Below the pieces are notes generated by a model. That model was not told where the DNA came from. It searched no databases and saw nothing but the letters and a program-made list of their open reading frames with translations. A stretch of 64,000 nucleotides of DNA, from assembly GCA_023898585.1 (NCBI GenBank), contig CP060229.1:918587-982586 (forward strand), in the 5' to 3' direction. Shown here piece after piece: positions 30,001 to 34,375 of the stretch; within the stretch, counting starts at the first letter, position 1; each line of letters starts with the position of its first letter. This stretch comes from Candidatus Nomurabacteria bacterium (lineage in GTDB: Bacteria > Patescibacteriota > Minisyncoccia > Phycocordibacterales > UBA918). A program made the position numbers and the translations under genes.

Positions 30001-32653
30001 CCTCTATCCAGTATTCACCGGAGGTGAAAGGAGGAAAAGAAATCTCCATTTTAAAGTACTTTGTCTCTCCCGGCTGAATTTGATAAGTGTCTGTCGTATG
30101 TGTTCGCACTTCAAACCGATCTGGCACCTCTTTTTTATCTGGGCCAAATCCGACAAAATCAGCAATTTTCTTTAGGAAACTGTCTGACTCTGGCATTTCT
30201 CCTTCATCAACCGGTTCCTCGTCCCAACCCGGCGCATACTTTTTGATAACGTGTTCACGAACTTTAACTTGATTTACCTGACAAGCAGTGTTGGCTCCAT
30301 CAAGCAAATCGCATTTGCGAACAACATTGGTATTGCGACAGCTGTACGCCGGAACTAGTTCTCCTTCGTATTCTGATTCTCCCGAAATTTCATCCGTGAC
30401 AACTTCCTCATTTACACCGGAATGCTCTGGCGATATATTTGTCTCTGCAGTCGAATTGGTTGCAGAAAATTGCAACAATTCAGAAAGATTAGGTAACAAA
30501 TTGAGTACCGTAGTAGTCGTGTTATCGGTTTCGCCTTCAATATCAGAGTAAGGTAAATCTGTGGTATCGGTAGACACTCCAAAGTCTACTTCGGGCAATA
30601 CATCTACAGTGCCGGTTGAGATGTTGGTGTCAGCAGTCTCTTGTTGGCTGTTCGTTTCAGAAATTACAGTTTCTTCCGCTCCAGCTTTTGTTGTTGGAAC
30701 AACCAACTGACGAGACAGCTCGTCTAATGAGCTCGGGATATACTCACCGGCGTATTCCCACCCATCTTCACAGTTGTACACGAAAGGACGATACTCGGGA
30801 ATTGTGGCGATACGAGGCTTATTTTGGTTAAACAATTCGAGACTCCTAACCTCACCAACACCATCCGGGAAGTAAGTCTGAACTGCAAAATCATCGACAC
30901 TATCACTGGTGTTAGTAACACTGAAGTATGTTGTCACCTCAGACAAACCACTGTAGACATTTTCGTCCGACTTTATTATCAAAGTCTCACCGTCGTTCTT
31001 ATCTGTGAACTTAAAATCTATTTCTTCACCATTCGGTAGTATCAACTTATCGCCCTTAAGAATAGAGTCATCATATCCATCTGCCTGTAGAAGTTCAAAA
31101 AAGTCAGTTGGCACTTCACCCTCCGGTGGTTCTAGCGTAAACAACTCCAGCCAAGCACTTTCCACGAAGAGATCTTCGACCACTTCGTAATCATCATCGT
31201 AACTAAGTTCCACGCTTAACGAATCAAAGGTTTGTTGGTTAACCACTTCCGGCAAGGCAAATAAGAAGTATCCTCCGTTTATACTATTTGAAACTTCCTC
31301 GTCTATCACGATAGAACCACCCTGACTCCAGGCCTGACCGCCATTAACTGAATATTTGACATTAAACATTGGTATATGTTCTCTGGTTGGCTTTTTCTTA
31401 GAAGCAAAGGAGAGGCGCAATTGCGCACCTGAAATCTCCACCCCTTCACCGAGAGGATAACCGAAATCTGAAAGAGTTATAGTGTGGGAAGCACAATTTT
31501 CAGAACATGGAACAACCGTTGGTTCAGCAAGATCACCAGTTTCGTGCTCCAACACAATTTCTTTATCTGTTGAAACGGATTCCACAGAATCGTCTGTCTC
31601 TTCTGTAACCGGTGGCGCGATTTCTGGTTTGACAATAGTCACGTCCGGGTCTGTGGATTGGATTAATGATGTCGTTAACGGCAGGAATGAACTCTGACCG
31701 TTTGTATCGATGTCGGTAAGGGTGTCAGTATTTGATAATTGTTCATAATCGCTTGATTCTGCATTTTCTTCCTCGCTAGAGTTTGTCGATGTTGATAAAC
31801 CTTCAGTTTCACCAACACTAATTTGAACTGTCGTTTCTTTAAGGTCATCACCTGGCAACTTCAACGCTGATTCCTCAGCCGAAGAAGCAGTATCAAATAA
31901 AGATGTAACTGAAGATAAAGCTAGTGTAAACAATGACTCGACCTTGCGCATAACAGTTGTTGTCGCAACGTCGACGATAGTATCTTCAGTTTCATCGCCT
32001 CCATCTTCAACTTTATTATCGGGTATGGCGGTATTATCCGTGGTTGTGGTTTGCGTCTCAGAGCCGGACGAACCCAACTCAGGTTCAACGTCGAAAGTAG
32101 ATGAAGCGATACCAAACTCAACGTTTGTTTCTTGTTTTGTTGTAGTGATTTCGTCTTCAATAAAATCATCAACAGGCTCATTACTTTGCGATTGTGAATC
32201 TGAGTCACTAGTATCAGCTTTACTGTTAGATGATTTTTCCAAATCGCTAATATCAAGAGTAGCTGAATTGATATGATTAAATTCTTGAATTAGAGCATAC
32301 TCACTTAGGTTTTGAAAACTAAGCGTTTCGATATTTTTCCAACCAACTGCTTCCACATTAGTTGGAAAAACATTAACTGTTCTTACCGTGTAAGCATTAC
32401 TCGACGGCTGTGCATTAACATAGGGCAGTACAGCGATGAGCAACAGTGTTATTGTACTTATCGCTAAGTGTCTTTGTTTTTTACTTAAATTTAAGTTAAC
32501 ACCACAAACAACCCGCTTTTCTGAAATTAGCGCTTTAAACAATGCTTTTATTCGATTTTTTATTACTTTGTGAAAGGTTTCTTTTTTCACTAGTACACCA
32601 CGCCTCGTTCTATCGAGATAGAACGAGAGGCCAATTATAAGTATACCGCGCAT
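9071..32653 (-). CDS. Giant secreted/cell-surface multi-repeat protein (7,860 aa). It has an N-terminal signal peptide and an acidic S/T/D/E-rich disordered region. It has at least 8 DUF2341-like modules (W.YR..I.I...DFPVYVDL...DGRDIRVT...LP.ELVE.D...GELHF...FYIYF(D/N)N) alternating with LamG/ConA-like domains. It also carries beta-helix-like G/T/S repeats, Fn3-like units (YYWRVRANDPNG..., YWWKTRARDPYG...) and a Cys-rich C-terminal module.
   Basis: Uninterrupted 23.6-kb ORF. Signal-like segment LAISTITLLLIAVLPYVNA|QPSS around aa 60-81. A canonical DUF2341 copy lies at aa 7127-7217 (nt about 11003..11275; WSSRQRVRVIN...DDLRFTD...EIGYWKERY...ADVWVRIP...TEIYMYYGN). Other copies near aa 900, 975, 1320 and 1675 and several more. 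The start codon is uncertain: the ATG at 32653 gives an 80-aa N-region, and a TTG at about 32542 is an alternative. Confidence 0.9.
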   Translation of the reverse strand: MRGILIIGLSFYLDRTRRGVLVKKETFHKVIKNRIKALFKALISEKRVVCGVNLNLSKKQRHLAISTITLLLIAVLPYVNAQPSSNAYTVRTVNVFPTNVEAVGWKNIETLSFQNLSEYALIQEFNHINSATLDISDLEKSSNSKADTSDSDSQSQSNEPVDDFIEDEITTTKQETNVEFGIASSTFDVEPELGSSGSETQTTTTDNTAIPDNKVEDGGDETEDTIVDVATTTVMRKVESLFTLALSSVTSLFDTASSAEESALKLPGDDLKETTVQISVGETEGLSTSTNSSEEENAESSDYEQLSNTDTLTDIDTNGQSSFLPLTTSLIQSTDPDVTIVKPEIAPPVTEETDDSVESVSTDKEIVLEHETGDLAEPTVVPCSENCASHTITLSDFGYPLGEGVEISGAQLRLSFASKKKPTREHIPMFNVKYSVNGGQAWSQGGSIVIDEEVSNSINGGYFLFALPEVVNQQTFDSLSVELSYDDDYEVVEDLFVESAWLELFTLEPPEGEVPTDFFELLQADGYDDSILKGDKLILPNGEEIDFKFTDKNDGETLIIKSDENVYSGLSEVTTYFSVTNTSDSVDDFAVQTYFPDGVGEVRSLELFNQNKPRIATIPEYRPFVYNCEDGWEYAGEYIPSSLDELSRQLVVPTTKAGAEETVISETNSQQETADTNISTGTVDVLPEVDFGVSTDTTDLPYSDIEGETDNTTTTVLNLLPNLSELLQFSATNSTAETNISPEHSGVNEEVVTDEISGESEYEGELVPAYSCRNTNVVRKCDLLDGANTACQVNQVKVREHVIKKYAPGWDEEPVDEGEMPESDSFLKKIADFVGFGPDKKEVPDRFEVRTHTTDTYQIQPGETKYFKMEISFPPFTSGEYWIEAIGDSEYGLLDPFWSSQWQYRIPILVDNTNGKTDLTEQQVFFEIDSALSDFWANVNSDGSDIRFVQETSVGNLYPGNGPQFENAFNVNWGGRLAIVIASTSVSSGVSDFPVFVDLSTLGSYFWNGVTSDGRDIRVTKSDGATEVPHDLVEIDATAETGELHFLAGNLSSVSDNVFHIYFDNPSATAYASTSQYGSQAVWSNYEAVYHFSDDPTAINNIITDETGNGQELQVEVASLATTTGAMGTALDLRGSSGILRDVGDDWALPGGDDLVSTGLYYQTANSAEALWQWGTNNAPNWASYMPWYLNAAASGRGYLYFGLNQNTTWSRDINVWHHFTTIAPANIGGFHGIYDNAVAELSGIQNVANPSNTGGLQVGRYTTGGSYEGIIDELRFAFEDAPFTSGWIATEHLNQTNPTAFYSTSTSRLTGGDSMSGWYSTSWDSRQKITLQASSDIADFPVYVDLSTLGDAFFADVASDGRDIRVTMADSKTELPFELVNINTGAKTGELYFKTDLTSTEDKDYYIYFNNSDATAYAKTATYGAQNVWTNGFQAVYHLEGSAVGTGNPNVYKDSTANNYHGDDENTSNGKYGRLGSGQEFGDSQTDYISLPYQVMNGLGDNSVSWWHISSSSGDQTILSGANSTQFNEFWERFDNDVNLIVYSQGAGETFGLADTVVNYNNGNWQHYITTSEDSIDEMNIYVNGVGDTENPDPQPIAPLNIENGGLIVGQDQDSLGGGFSATENFEGFLDELRIASVVRSASWAATEYNNQASPESFYSTSSVESLNVTQFKELDFWVQHFDSVNEETDIWVQVDSVPAGQKTLIYMYYGNSGASSASDELATFSYSTSTDLYYVVDDSGGTQVSVESLMDNNEVAIDGGTPISLNQGEITTFVTFTGASVVSALGPISGTVTGSGTDGSDMIAPVSFASTSFAIPTNRNTNRWYMYSPFASTTVRTYIAASASADETHNISTSSVATSNTDLPNSGQGVDGDGIVIESTYPILVVHRSTNPGDGLVAYPPTTRDLFGVMSNFMHLSALTSNSDPTASCSTGAGGTVTGITRGDHEADASCSSSAEGAGSAVRFSAQASPISAIQQADSDGTDSSVFWPQHEFGTRYALTNTGAYIAVVCSPRFGTSTIEIQDSVGGLIESANCVPGSTKPGKAYFTNGTGNGDSANFAAGTQVVATNGVPFYVMYEDVSDDNDEKNISGPVQGRKFGAENLSYLFGEQELAIDAEWEQLSYWWYQNGGGLTPTTTWMIGSEGVTEGEAITGAGAVGNGDILRLRISLEASNATGSVDTNSFALQYGVGNSGQCSLVTDWLPLGEQGSSTAVFSGYNNSGVSDGATLSTLKLASSTVAGTYEERSPSDFLPNDVPVGGVVEHDWVIEATNVAVNTNYCFRITRVQGTELETYTLYPELETVGPPNTPTLFSFFDNERTTVLTPVLEFSAIDIAGDDIDYRVQIDDNYDFSSVIIDRNSATHFTQFSNTVTPSDKSPFNSGDRIQFTGSTQLSPTTTYYWRVRANDPNGSATSSDWSTVFSFTTDTVITVSEWFQTTDDQFNTNTNSGVSVGGGSVSVASSPGTMIGTAVDFDDAVIGNAWGEADWNDTETSGEIKYQVQYNDNGNWNLVPDSIIPGNSLGTSTGPISLLELDTAIYNEIRLVATLTGATLSIQDWVVRWGLRVETPTQGDLFDNQKTSATTPVFDFISTDPQGDDLEYEISFSTDINFLTGSTTYNSSTSAQFNNAESGGDTSPFNTGEQINFTTPGGSPFVDGVTYWWKTRARDPYGGNAWSPWSTPDSFTIDTAVTLSTWFQTTRDQFNQGFLDGTVASTTNSVEITDEIGEYGSTTITDNNWVTVSTQREYKNMVVIASPEYAAPTYNVGRTARVRNKTADSFEVKVDDYNGISGGVTTVVDYIVFEAGSWTLDDGASGLQVVAGTEEGVTEIITDNYGTSNNGRTVSFSPTFGSAPAVFATLASNNDSTWAGVHVDGGSSNTEVTGSSLRVALAKSMSGLSHSGGEDIDYLLISTGSGSNNGTAMQILNTGALVDDTQSNGGYNQSISGFSVAPQTTIVQNNAENGGNGAFVFKDLSGSQTSANLFLSAIEIGAGANAHGGQEVASVFALESSSGVITRLNGGNLTGTFIGEDIIFSDGAGPKFDNFSWNATTPGASTVNIKMQYQVSEGVYALIPNSQIPGNSAGTTTTPIDLTGVDINLYPVIRAYATLSCASGNCPTLDDWKLEWSEGVNMSGTLKEYDRLTNVATGTIRAAVNGAPVAGSATVASGLWTLPNVTAFNGDVITVWVDGGTSESEEAVSVFVYDGLGDITGVELFEQHLSISADEESTVTNTSLASYDNTVSADEDIFIDVDAFGNLRVCSVGSCSEANIYIGPGNKYVPSVAPAVSINAHDFVNDGTIELDSNTINISGSWDNNATSSTDISTINLTAATGTESISSTETPLKFHNLSFGSGAGDATFTIPNALDLSGNLTVASGTFNRASHKINLAGSLTNGAGGYWLGTATTTFDGAVGLTWTDNNPVPQNVGDVVIDGASAFVSITTDVSAYDITIGGNDTLAGGTGNTIYVGGDWTNNGTFNAGTSNVEIVNDDRTYPPVIPGSADWYADTNFLDRIPVIIDNNEVPGDLTNFPVYIDLSLLGEDFWNSVTSNGRDIRVTSGNGQTELPYDLVEFDSVSKTGELHFLAGSISSSATTTFFIYHNNTSASAYGIGDTYGRNAVWTGYEAVYHFKDDPTVVGFNITDATGNGKDLQVQTEALATTTGKLGTAIDFTGTANGYLLDSDWTWTAGDRLESSGWYQMSAASSEALWSWGTGTAFNFMPWYSGATTGYHRFGSANGAFTFDFGPRDTVNWQHFTTLGATSTSEQVYTYVNTILRDSPTQLTANPTDSGLQIGRYTTAGSITALVDELRFATTKRSTDWIETEYNNQNSPEIFFATSSVQTYQPDQIIDEATHNIDSGGSSFYKLTFNDATTSPAFTEPSVVVNNNFTIATGTVSLPTGILTVGGSFLNSGYFMHNNAQVKFTAGSNASVTLNGTEFFNTLYNVTFAGAGNFTFTDINATSSNDFVINNGNVTLPGGILTIGGTLTTTGGGFNANGGTVVFSSQANENVTTKGSSFNNVIFGLENSSAGWYGVDWGERIAINVASTAVSSDLVDFPVYVNLSNLGTEFWSGVATDGRDIRMTTSGGKTEIPVEIVEFDYITKTGELHFLAPSLSSEVDTTFYLYFDNVDAVAPAVDSTYGAEAVWVNYEAVYHFNEDPTLGVSDVSGHDKDLLPLVGTPSTTPGLLGTAIDLTTSNVMMGDSDWTWTAGEDLISSGLYFMTAVDTGALWEWSNACNNDNCMAFMPWYSGDIGYHRFGETTGNDYTFTRNNTIWHHFTTIGRAANGEPVEIYEDNILRDTYTQTATGQNPGLTGLQIGRYTGGTYMDIDIDELRFSTTTPSTGWVTTEYKNLTDVNNFYSTSTQSYLDVVPSFTLNEATSDADGDVSIYYSNLVAPTNNFTIGGSALNVEGSFNANNATTTFDSNDTGETVEFGEQAFHNLSFNGVGGGWTIATTTVNNNASLVTGASFTLATNTTMTVSGRFKNQFNSVATTWSGSTLVLTGGDYTVTGRLDSGDDYATLVVSGDSDLIIWNSSISTSSIKDTSSLYMPDFSGTPGILRIYGSYERTSGTEYWSYDTDFDGTDLTGGGERVAQVEVGRGASIYLGTSTTLEAKGVPGSTTTVSAVTGIYSLNVNAGTLDAEYASFQNVGPKGLYLTNGTTVTSLTSVDFAVSGGRSGMTVDVATMNAQPSSEFTGMTFGTSTSNGIYEPEWSDQVVLTIQSGIINEDHIEYPVYVDLSLLGDVFWSNVKADGGDIRVTTDNGSELPIDLVEINTSAKTGELYFLAPKILANTDKVFYIHFNNPSATKYSNSDEFGANQVWINYEAVYHFNEDPTVSITDMTGNGRSLVPTIGSMSTTSGLLGTALDTTGGNTRLENPSWTWTSGEDLISSGLYFMTGNDTGALWQFGVGNGTNNGTYLTFLPWYNTATRGYHYFGITTGGDYDFARDNGIWHHFTTIGRAADGATNEFYEDNVLRDTVTQITSSANPSNTGLRVGAYQTTTYLDINIDELRFATSTPSTNWINTEYLNFTNPQAFYSTSTAQTVTYNVTAEGVPSTFWLFSGGSGSIYGEAFDNDDGDPGSIQWDDSNFAVTISGIVYSDDGVMPETYPVCNASTEVVTVVLDGVTTYTAPCDPIDGSFEVTGISYVGEPQITTYLNSEATESQTNVSIYDEVTGNGVTAGNIMTVSRPSTVDGAVLVLIAGKDDDINFGTPAGWTAVDILGNTTGDDIATGIWYRVVADASSEPATYDFPIVDNGEGFSYWMGSLLNVDTGTPVDVASAWTKYQDVTNPDALEVTTVTNGALVLSAWYAYIDNEVIPPVYNWDTRASNILDSAINNLTVSSRSMITAGATGDAKLDGVFATRESQTGQFAFRPASSPTATGSITAVAVTKTPIGNTGSPYETVELRDQTTGFGTVNAGANITIDRPVVENGDVLVVILGKEDDFSVTPSAGWVLGADRLESIGNQMYTAIWYKVITNAGGEPVNYSFVNNDTTVEEYSYWIGSFSGVDVTGVFDVAPAWSNLQNTSSPSAPSLTTAHNGAYVLSAWYVIDDSAMDMPGSPWTTHAQDLVQANRLLAVAGRSMPSAGATGAATLTGGSVDDVNVGQFALRPAPISVASNISDMNLYKDRVIVRHEDITPLSIADMSIFDNDDESDLPFTASIGSSDLLTVNSGTGLVVWNNRTFDSGGEIDLTGSGSTLADGSLLIKSSGSLLASGSNDITIGGSLYLESGASFSGASSTVSFTATNPGQSIGSQASSTVTLYDIAFGGIGGGWAIQTPLVSQTKITVSTGTVSGVANVTVNNGSFSGDGLVNMSGGTTQVKKTNKLGGTQGWTFNNLTLGSAGVAGVTTPASLATTSVRGVLTVSSAHFFSPYGSVWDLQGNGNVFVENGTFIEGTSTIRYSGATPNIKQTPYYNLTVDTDRGGSVVATAPVTGLQILNNLTVGILGTSTLNANTNDPVLAVGENLRIGTLGLIEASNSKTMTVNGNWNNDGVFNANGGVVTLSNTAGASTISAGVSPFATLNVAGSANYTFDESATTTGPLTINTTSFTLNPGLTLAVGGTFTNSMADVNTTWTGSTLSLYSGTAFPINTKSTGDTYNTIITGNGTHPRLWNSTTSAIVTNGVSSLYSMNHKGVKGDLYIFGDYVNDGFNDYWSYGEDFDGSALAIKRKANVRIEAGGSVLYPSGSLYIIGSSTASTTIYTQTPGTYQFTVGGDTETEMSYYTFRDTTIDGLTFTGAPNVIDLSNGDFEVAIADGSTMTVGGTVISANPAMEFNYIKMATTTPINAYNVTATGTSNSAWRFVNVYGNLGGEAKDVDPGGDPGYITWQDSAAIINISGNVYSDEGVSVSHACDSTTPNIYLSINGSTYATTTCNGDGAGGGTGAYSFTGINYGLGNTLTVYIDNEPEKAVTVTQDPVSSISNFDLYENRVIIKHEGAVAMKIADMETWDSDDDPDVLFDAEIGATDTLVLPPDTKLIVWDNKKFTPDGHVTIPGGGSGSAYDGTFELRPGATFNGGSNEIYTIGGSLISGASAVFDPGQSTTTFTTSGAGRTVDTNGGGFYSLSFTGVGSWTVSDTELLVGGDLTIANGAVTLPPATTTIAGSLSNTGGTFDSNGGLLKFTASDAGNKVRFGGSDATTVLFSGGASGSWTMLDVNATATDSFRVATGTVTLPSGILVVGDDFIVDDAVTHNGGTVNVTGAGGANLVTLSGNDLSSLIVEAGAGDYTLTDTSAAFLGDLLVQSGGFTVGAGTVSVGGSFDATGGTFTHSNGTLLFNSSDTGETIDPGANDLYNVVIAGAGGGWTVVDNATTTNNFTLSLGNSFTQSTGTRLYVGGVFTNNVGGTATEWIGSTLVLDSGTEYETNVKTTPTERYNKIVIGNNTDVSSWNASATSSTVSLSGSWYSQDHGGSNGKLNIYGDYHIPVTTEYWSRATDFDGVALGGSPRNVSVTVASSSTITLDGGTLNIIGIANGTSTITNQGAGTYNFVVKSGTFNANYYSFRNLGTSGLQFTNNAHITSISYGDFEQGLNSSVLISLSSSTLNANASLIINNTRFADGGFTPGTNVSLDATTTNSWSFTGAIGDLWGEAFDIDGTDDCSSVRWDDSQCLLTEQTTYRWRNDDGGEGAPSGTWFDSNWSSRQRVRVINTEASAYTDVAVKLDIAYDSDMQTDFDDLRFTDATGVTEIGYWKERYTTGDEADVWVRIPTMATSSVTEIYMYYGNVSANTTSDISNVFTAYDNFDDNNITEYSGDTTKLATAGTFAYGGGFGLDASPNPNDKTNNGIARFDMTVAQGDIIRYMQYIDTTAGSGDEVCTMFGVQSPVTAHQNYAVCLEQFGTDRVSLVKNVHNTDSTGTVLASSTISFSTGWYEVEIDWQTNNNIDVEVYTSAGTLVATTSATDSTYTSGGIGFTFWFQNGGWDSYVAWPRTDKKPTVHFGAEQQAGGASWASPQNTLGSGFVYDETARLRIGIENTGLPIVNQNFRLEFAPKLSAPSCQAVSGGSFVQVPVLSSCGSSAICMTTSASTTNGDPTTDHLVTDAGPFVAGEIVSDTSNQTSNIDVDQNKYTELEYAIKLTTNATNDSYCFRVTDGGNILDSYALLPELSLEFDPVLDPIVLNGGFDIALTPGATTTVVATTTVTDYNGYTDLQSATTTFYRTTVGASCTPDNNNCYIASSTDCVFSACAGSSCTLTCSADFQFHADATDADGGEEWFAFMEVSDTGGANDFGTSPGVELLTLRALDVQNAIGYGTLDINQNTGTFNPLTSLLNFGNEAIDVQISGTDMTDGIASIIPAAKQVFATSTFDYSACASCNSLSVTGADVEVDLSKPLVDNPPVADNIYWGVEVPFGTASHPHSGVNTFTAIAD

Positions 32654-32671
32654 CTCACGTGAGACGCGCGG
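32646..32671 (-). promoter_or_regulatory. GC-rich 26-nt near-perfect palindrome (ccgcgcatctcacgtgagacgcgcgg) centred on CACGTG. It overlaps the annotated ATG of the giant gene and is a candidate operator or mRNA leader hairpin.
   Basis: 13-nt arms with one mismatch. The mismatch becomes a G-U wobble in the minus-strand (mRNA) orientation. Embedded in an otherwise AT-rich intergenic region. Confidence 0.35.
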
Positions 32672-32694
32672 TAATTTAAAATTTCTGTGGATTA

Positions 32695-32745
32695 TCTTCT
32701 ATTATACAACATAAACTGAACTTTTCTTAATCTCATACTCACTTC
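32695..32745 (-). promoter_or_regulatory. Putative sigma-70-like promoter of the giant gene (TTAAGA-N18-TATAAT on the minus strand; the -10 hexamer lies at 32701..32706).
   Basis: Perfect TATAAT about 45 nt upstream of the ATG at 32653, with a -35-like hexamer at the appropriate spacing. By-eye call only. Confidence 0.3.
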
Positions 32746-32803
32746 TGATACAGGTTGCACTTTGAATGCCAAAGGGTGTTCAGAAATGATGATATGAAGA
32801 AAC

Positions 32804-34354
32804 TTATTTCAAAATTGTTTTTACATCGTTGATCTCTTTCTCAATCAAAGTTTCCGAAACTTCGAGCGCCTGAGTTAGTCCTTCGACCGCTTCCTTCTCT
32901 TTCACAGACAATCTTTTTCTCTTTGTTATGGTGTTAATCTGATCGTATATTTCATCTCTGAGAGCGGAAAAGATTTTCTCCATCTGATCTTGAATCTCTC
33001 TGGTCTCGCGTCTAAGTTTGTCTTCTCTTTCTTTTAGCTTCTTGTGTTCATACCAAGAATAAACAATTTGGAGAAGTATGACCACTACCATGAATAAAAT
33101 AAACAGATTCATCGGTGTCAGGAAGTCCCAGAACGAACCTTCGTCGACAACCTCCACCGGTTTAATCCATCCAGCAGTGATTAACACTGCCACACTACTT
33201 TCCCGAACGTTACCTGCTTTGTCATGTGCTACCACTTTTACTGTGTATGTCCCATCCTCCAGCTTACTCAATAAGTAACCAACTCGCGCCTCGTCGGGGG
33301 TTACCTTGAGTGGTTCTCCGTCTGCCACTGTAATTTCGTAGTAATCAATGCCAGAAGTAATGTCTCTAGCTTCAAAGTTCAATAACGGGAAAGAATCTTT
33401 AGTCGTTCCAGCTCTCACGTTGACCGCAAAAGGTTCAGGTGGTGTTGTATCAATCAACAATTTACGATTTGTAACGGCTCCCCATCCAACTTGGTTCTTG
33501 AAGTTTATACTTACATACTGCTCGCCATCAGAAATAATGTCTGGCGTAATAACAAATTCCTCAGTCGGTGGTTCAACTAATGCTTCCTTGTTTAACTCAG
33601 GTTTGTTCTCAGGATCTTTGGAAATCTCTACCGCTAGCGCACTGACATCGAAAGGTAGTGTCCAGGTGAACACACCATCGGTCTTGTTATACCAAGTGTT
33701 CGGATCAAGGAAGGTTTGGGAACCTATTTCAGGTTGTCTTGGCGGATCCCCAAAGATAATTGCAGATTCACCACCTTCCTCTTCATCGTCTTCAACCGCA
33801 GGGGGCGGGGTTGGTGTGGGAGTTGGTGTCGGAGTAGGAGTTGGTGTTGAAGCTGGAGTTACCGAAAAATTTCCGCTGATGGAATTTTTATAAACATCAG
33901 TACCACGCCCATCGGCTGCCAAAACTGAGGCCTCAGAAAAAGTTACTGCTCCGGAGCCTTCTGCTACGGTCCTGAAAGTAACGGTTATGATATTGGAAGT
34001 CGTAGTGAACGGAGTCGGACTACCGCCCCCAAAACTGATTGTGCCTTTTGAATTTGAAAAGGTTGGTTCTGTTGTCCAAAGTGAAAAAACCGAGCCGTCT
34101 TTACTAACACTTACAACCGACAGAACAGCCGGGTTGTAAGAGAGTGTGGCTTCAACTGCATTAATATTGTCTCCGTTCGGAACTGCTTTGACCGTGGCGG
34201 TAAATGTCTGACCGACAGAATAACTTCCGGTACTCGGCGACAACGACAGATCGGCTCCGAAGACCGCAGAACCGGGAATAAGAAAAAGCGCTACAACAAA
34301 AAGGGTCTGGATGAGTCTTTGGGTCGTATTTTTAATTTTTTTGAGGTACAACAT
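32804..34354 (-). CDS. Membrane-anchored cohesin-domain protein. It has a signal peptide, a cohesin-like beta-sandwich, a (TP)n linker, a second extracellular domain, a single C-terminal TM and an ~80-aa charged coiled-coil cytoplasmic tail.
   Basis: The N-domain YSVGQTFTATVKAVPNGDNINAVEATLSYNPAVLSVVSV...GTISFGGG...ITVTFRTVAEGSGAVTFSEASVL follows the cohesin pattern (compare CipA cohesins, V.FRYDPNVLEI...). TPTPTPTPTPTPTPPP linker. TM LFILFMVVVILLQIVYSWY followed by KKLKEREDKLRRETREIQDQ.... Confidence 0.65.
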   Translation of the reverse strand: MLYLKKIKNTTQRLIQTLFVVALFLIPGSAVFGADLSLSPSTGSYSVGQTFTATVKAVPNGDNINAVEATLSYNPAVLSVVSVSKDGSVFSLWTTEPTFSNSKGTISFGGGSPTPFTTTSNIITVTFRTVAEGSGAVTFSEASVLAADGRGTDVYKNSISGNFSVTPASTPTPTPTPTPTPTPPPAVEDDEEEGGESAIIFGDPPRQPEIGSQTFLDPNTWYNKTDGVFTWTLPFDVSALAVEISKDPENKPELNKEALVEPPTEEFVITPDIISDGEQYVSINFKNQVGWGAVTNRKLLIDTTPPEPFAVNVRAGTTKDSFPLLNFEARDITSGIDYYEITVADGEPLKVTPDEARVGYLLSKLEDGTYTVKVVAHDKAGNVRESSVAVLITAGWIKPVEVVDEGSFWDFLTPMNLFILFMVVVILLQIVYSWYEHKKLKEREDKLRRETREIQDQMEKIFSALRDEIYDQINTITKRKRLSVKEKEAVEGLTQALEVSETLIEKEINDVKTILK

Positions 34355-34375
34355 ATTTTAAGAACAATTTTCACA

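Noticed and set aside
9109-32276. Dozens of 60-160-aa ORFs on the plus strand inside the giant gene.
   Set aside because: All lie antisense to one continuous 7,860-aa reading frame with recognisable domain repeats. They have no independent support.
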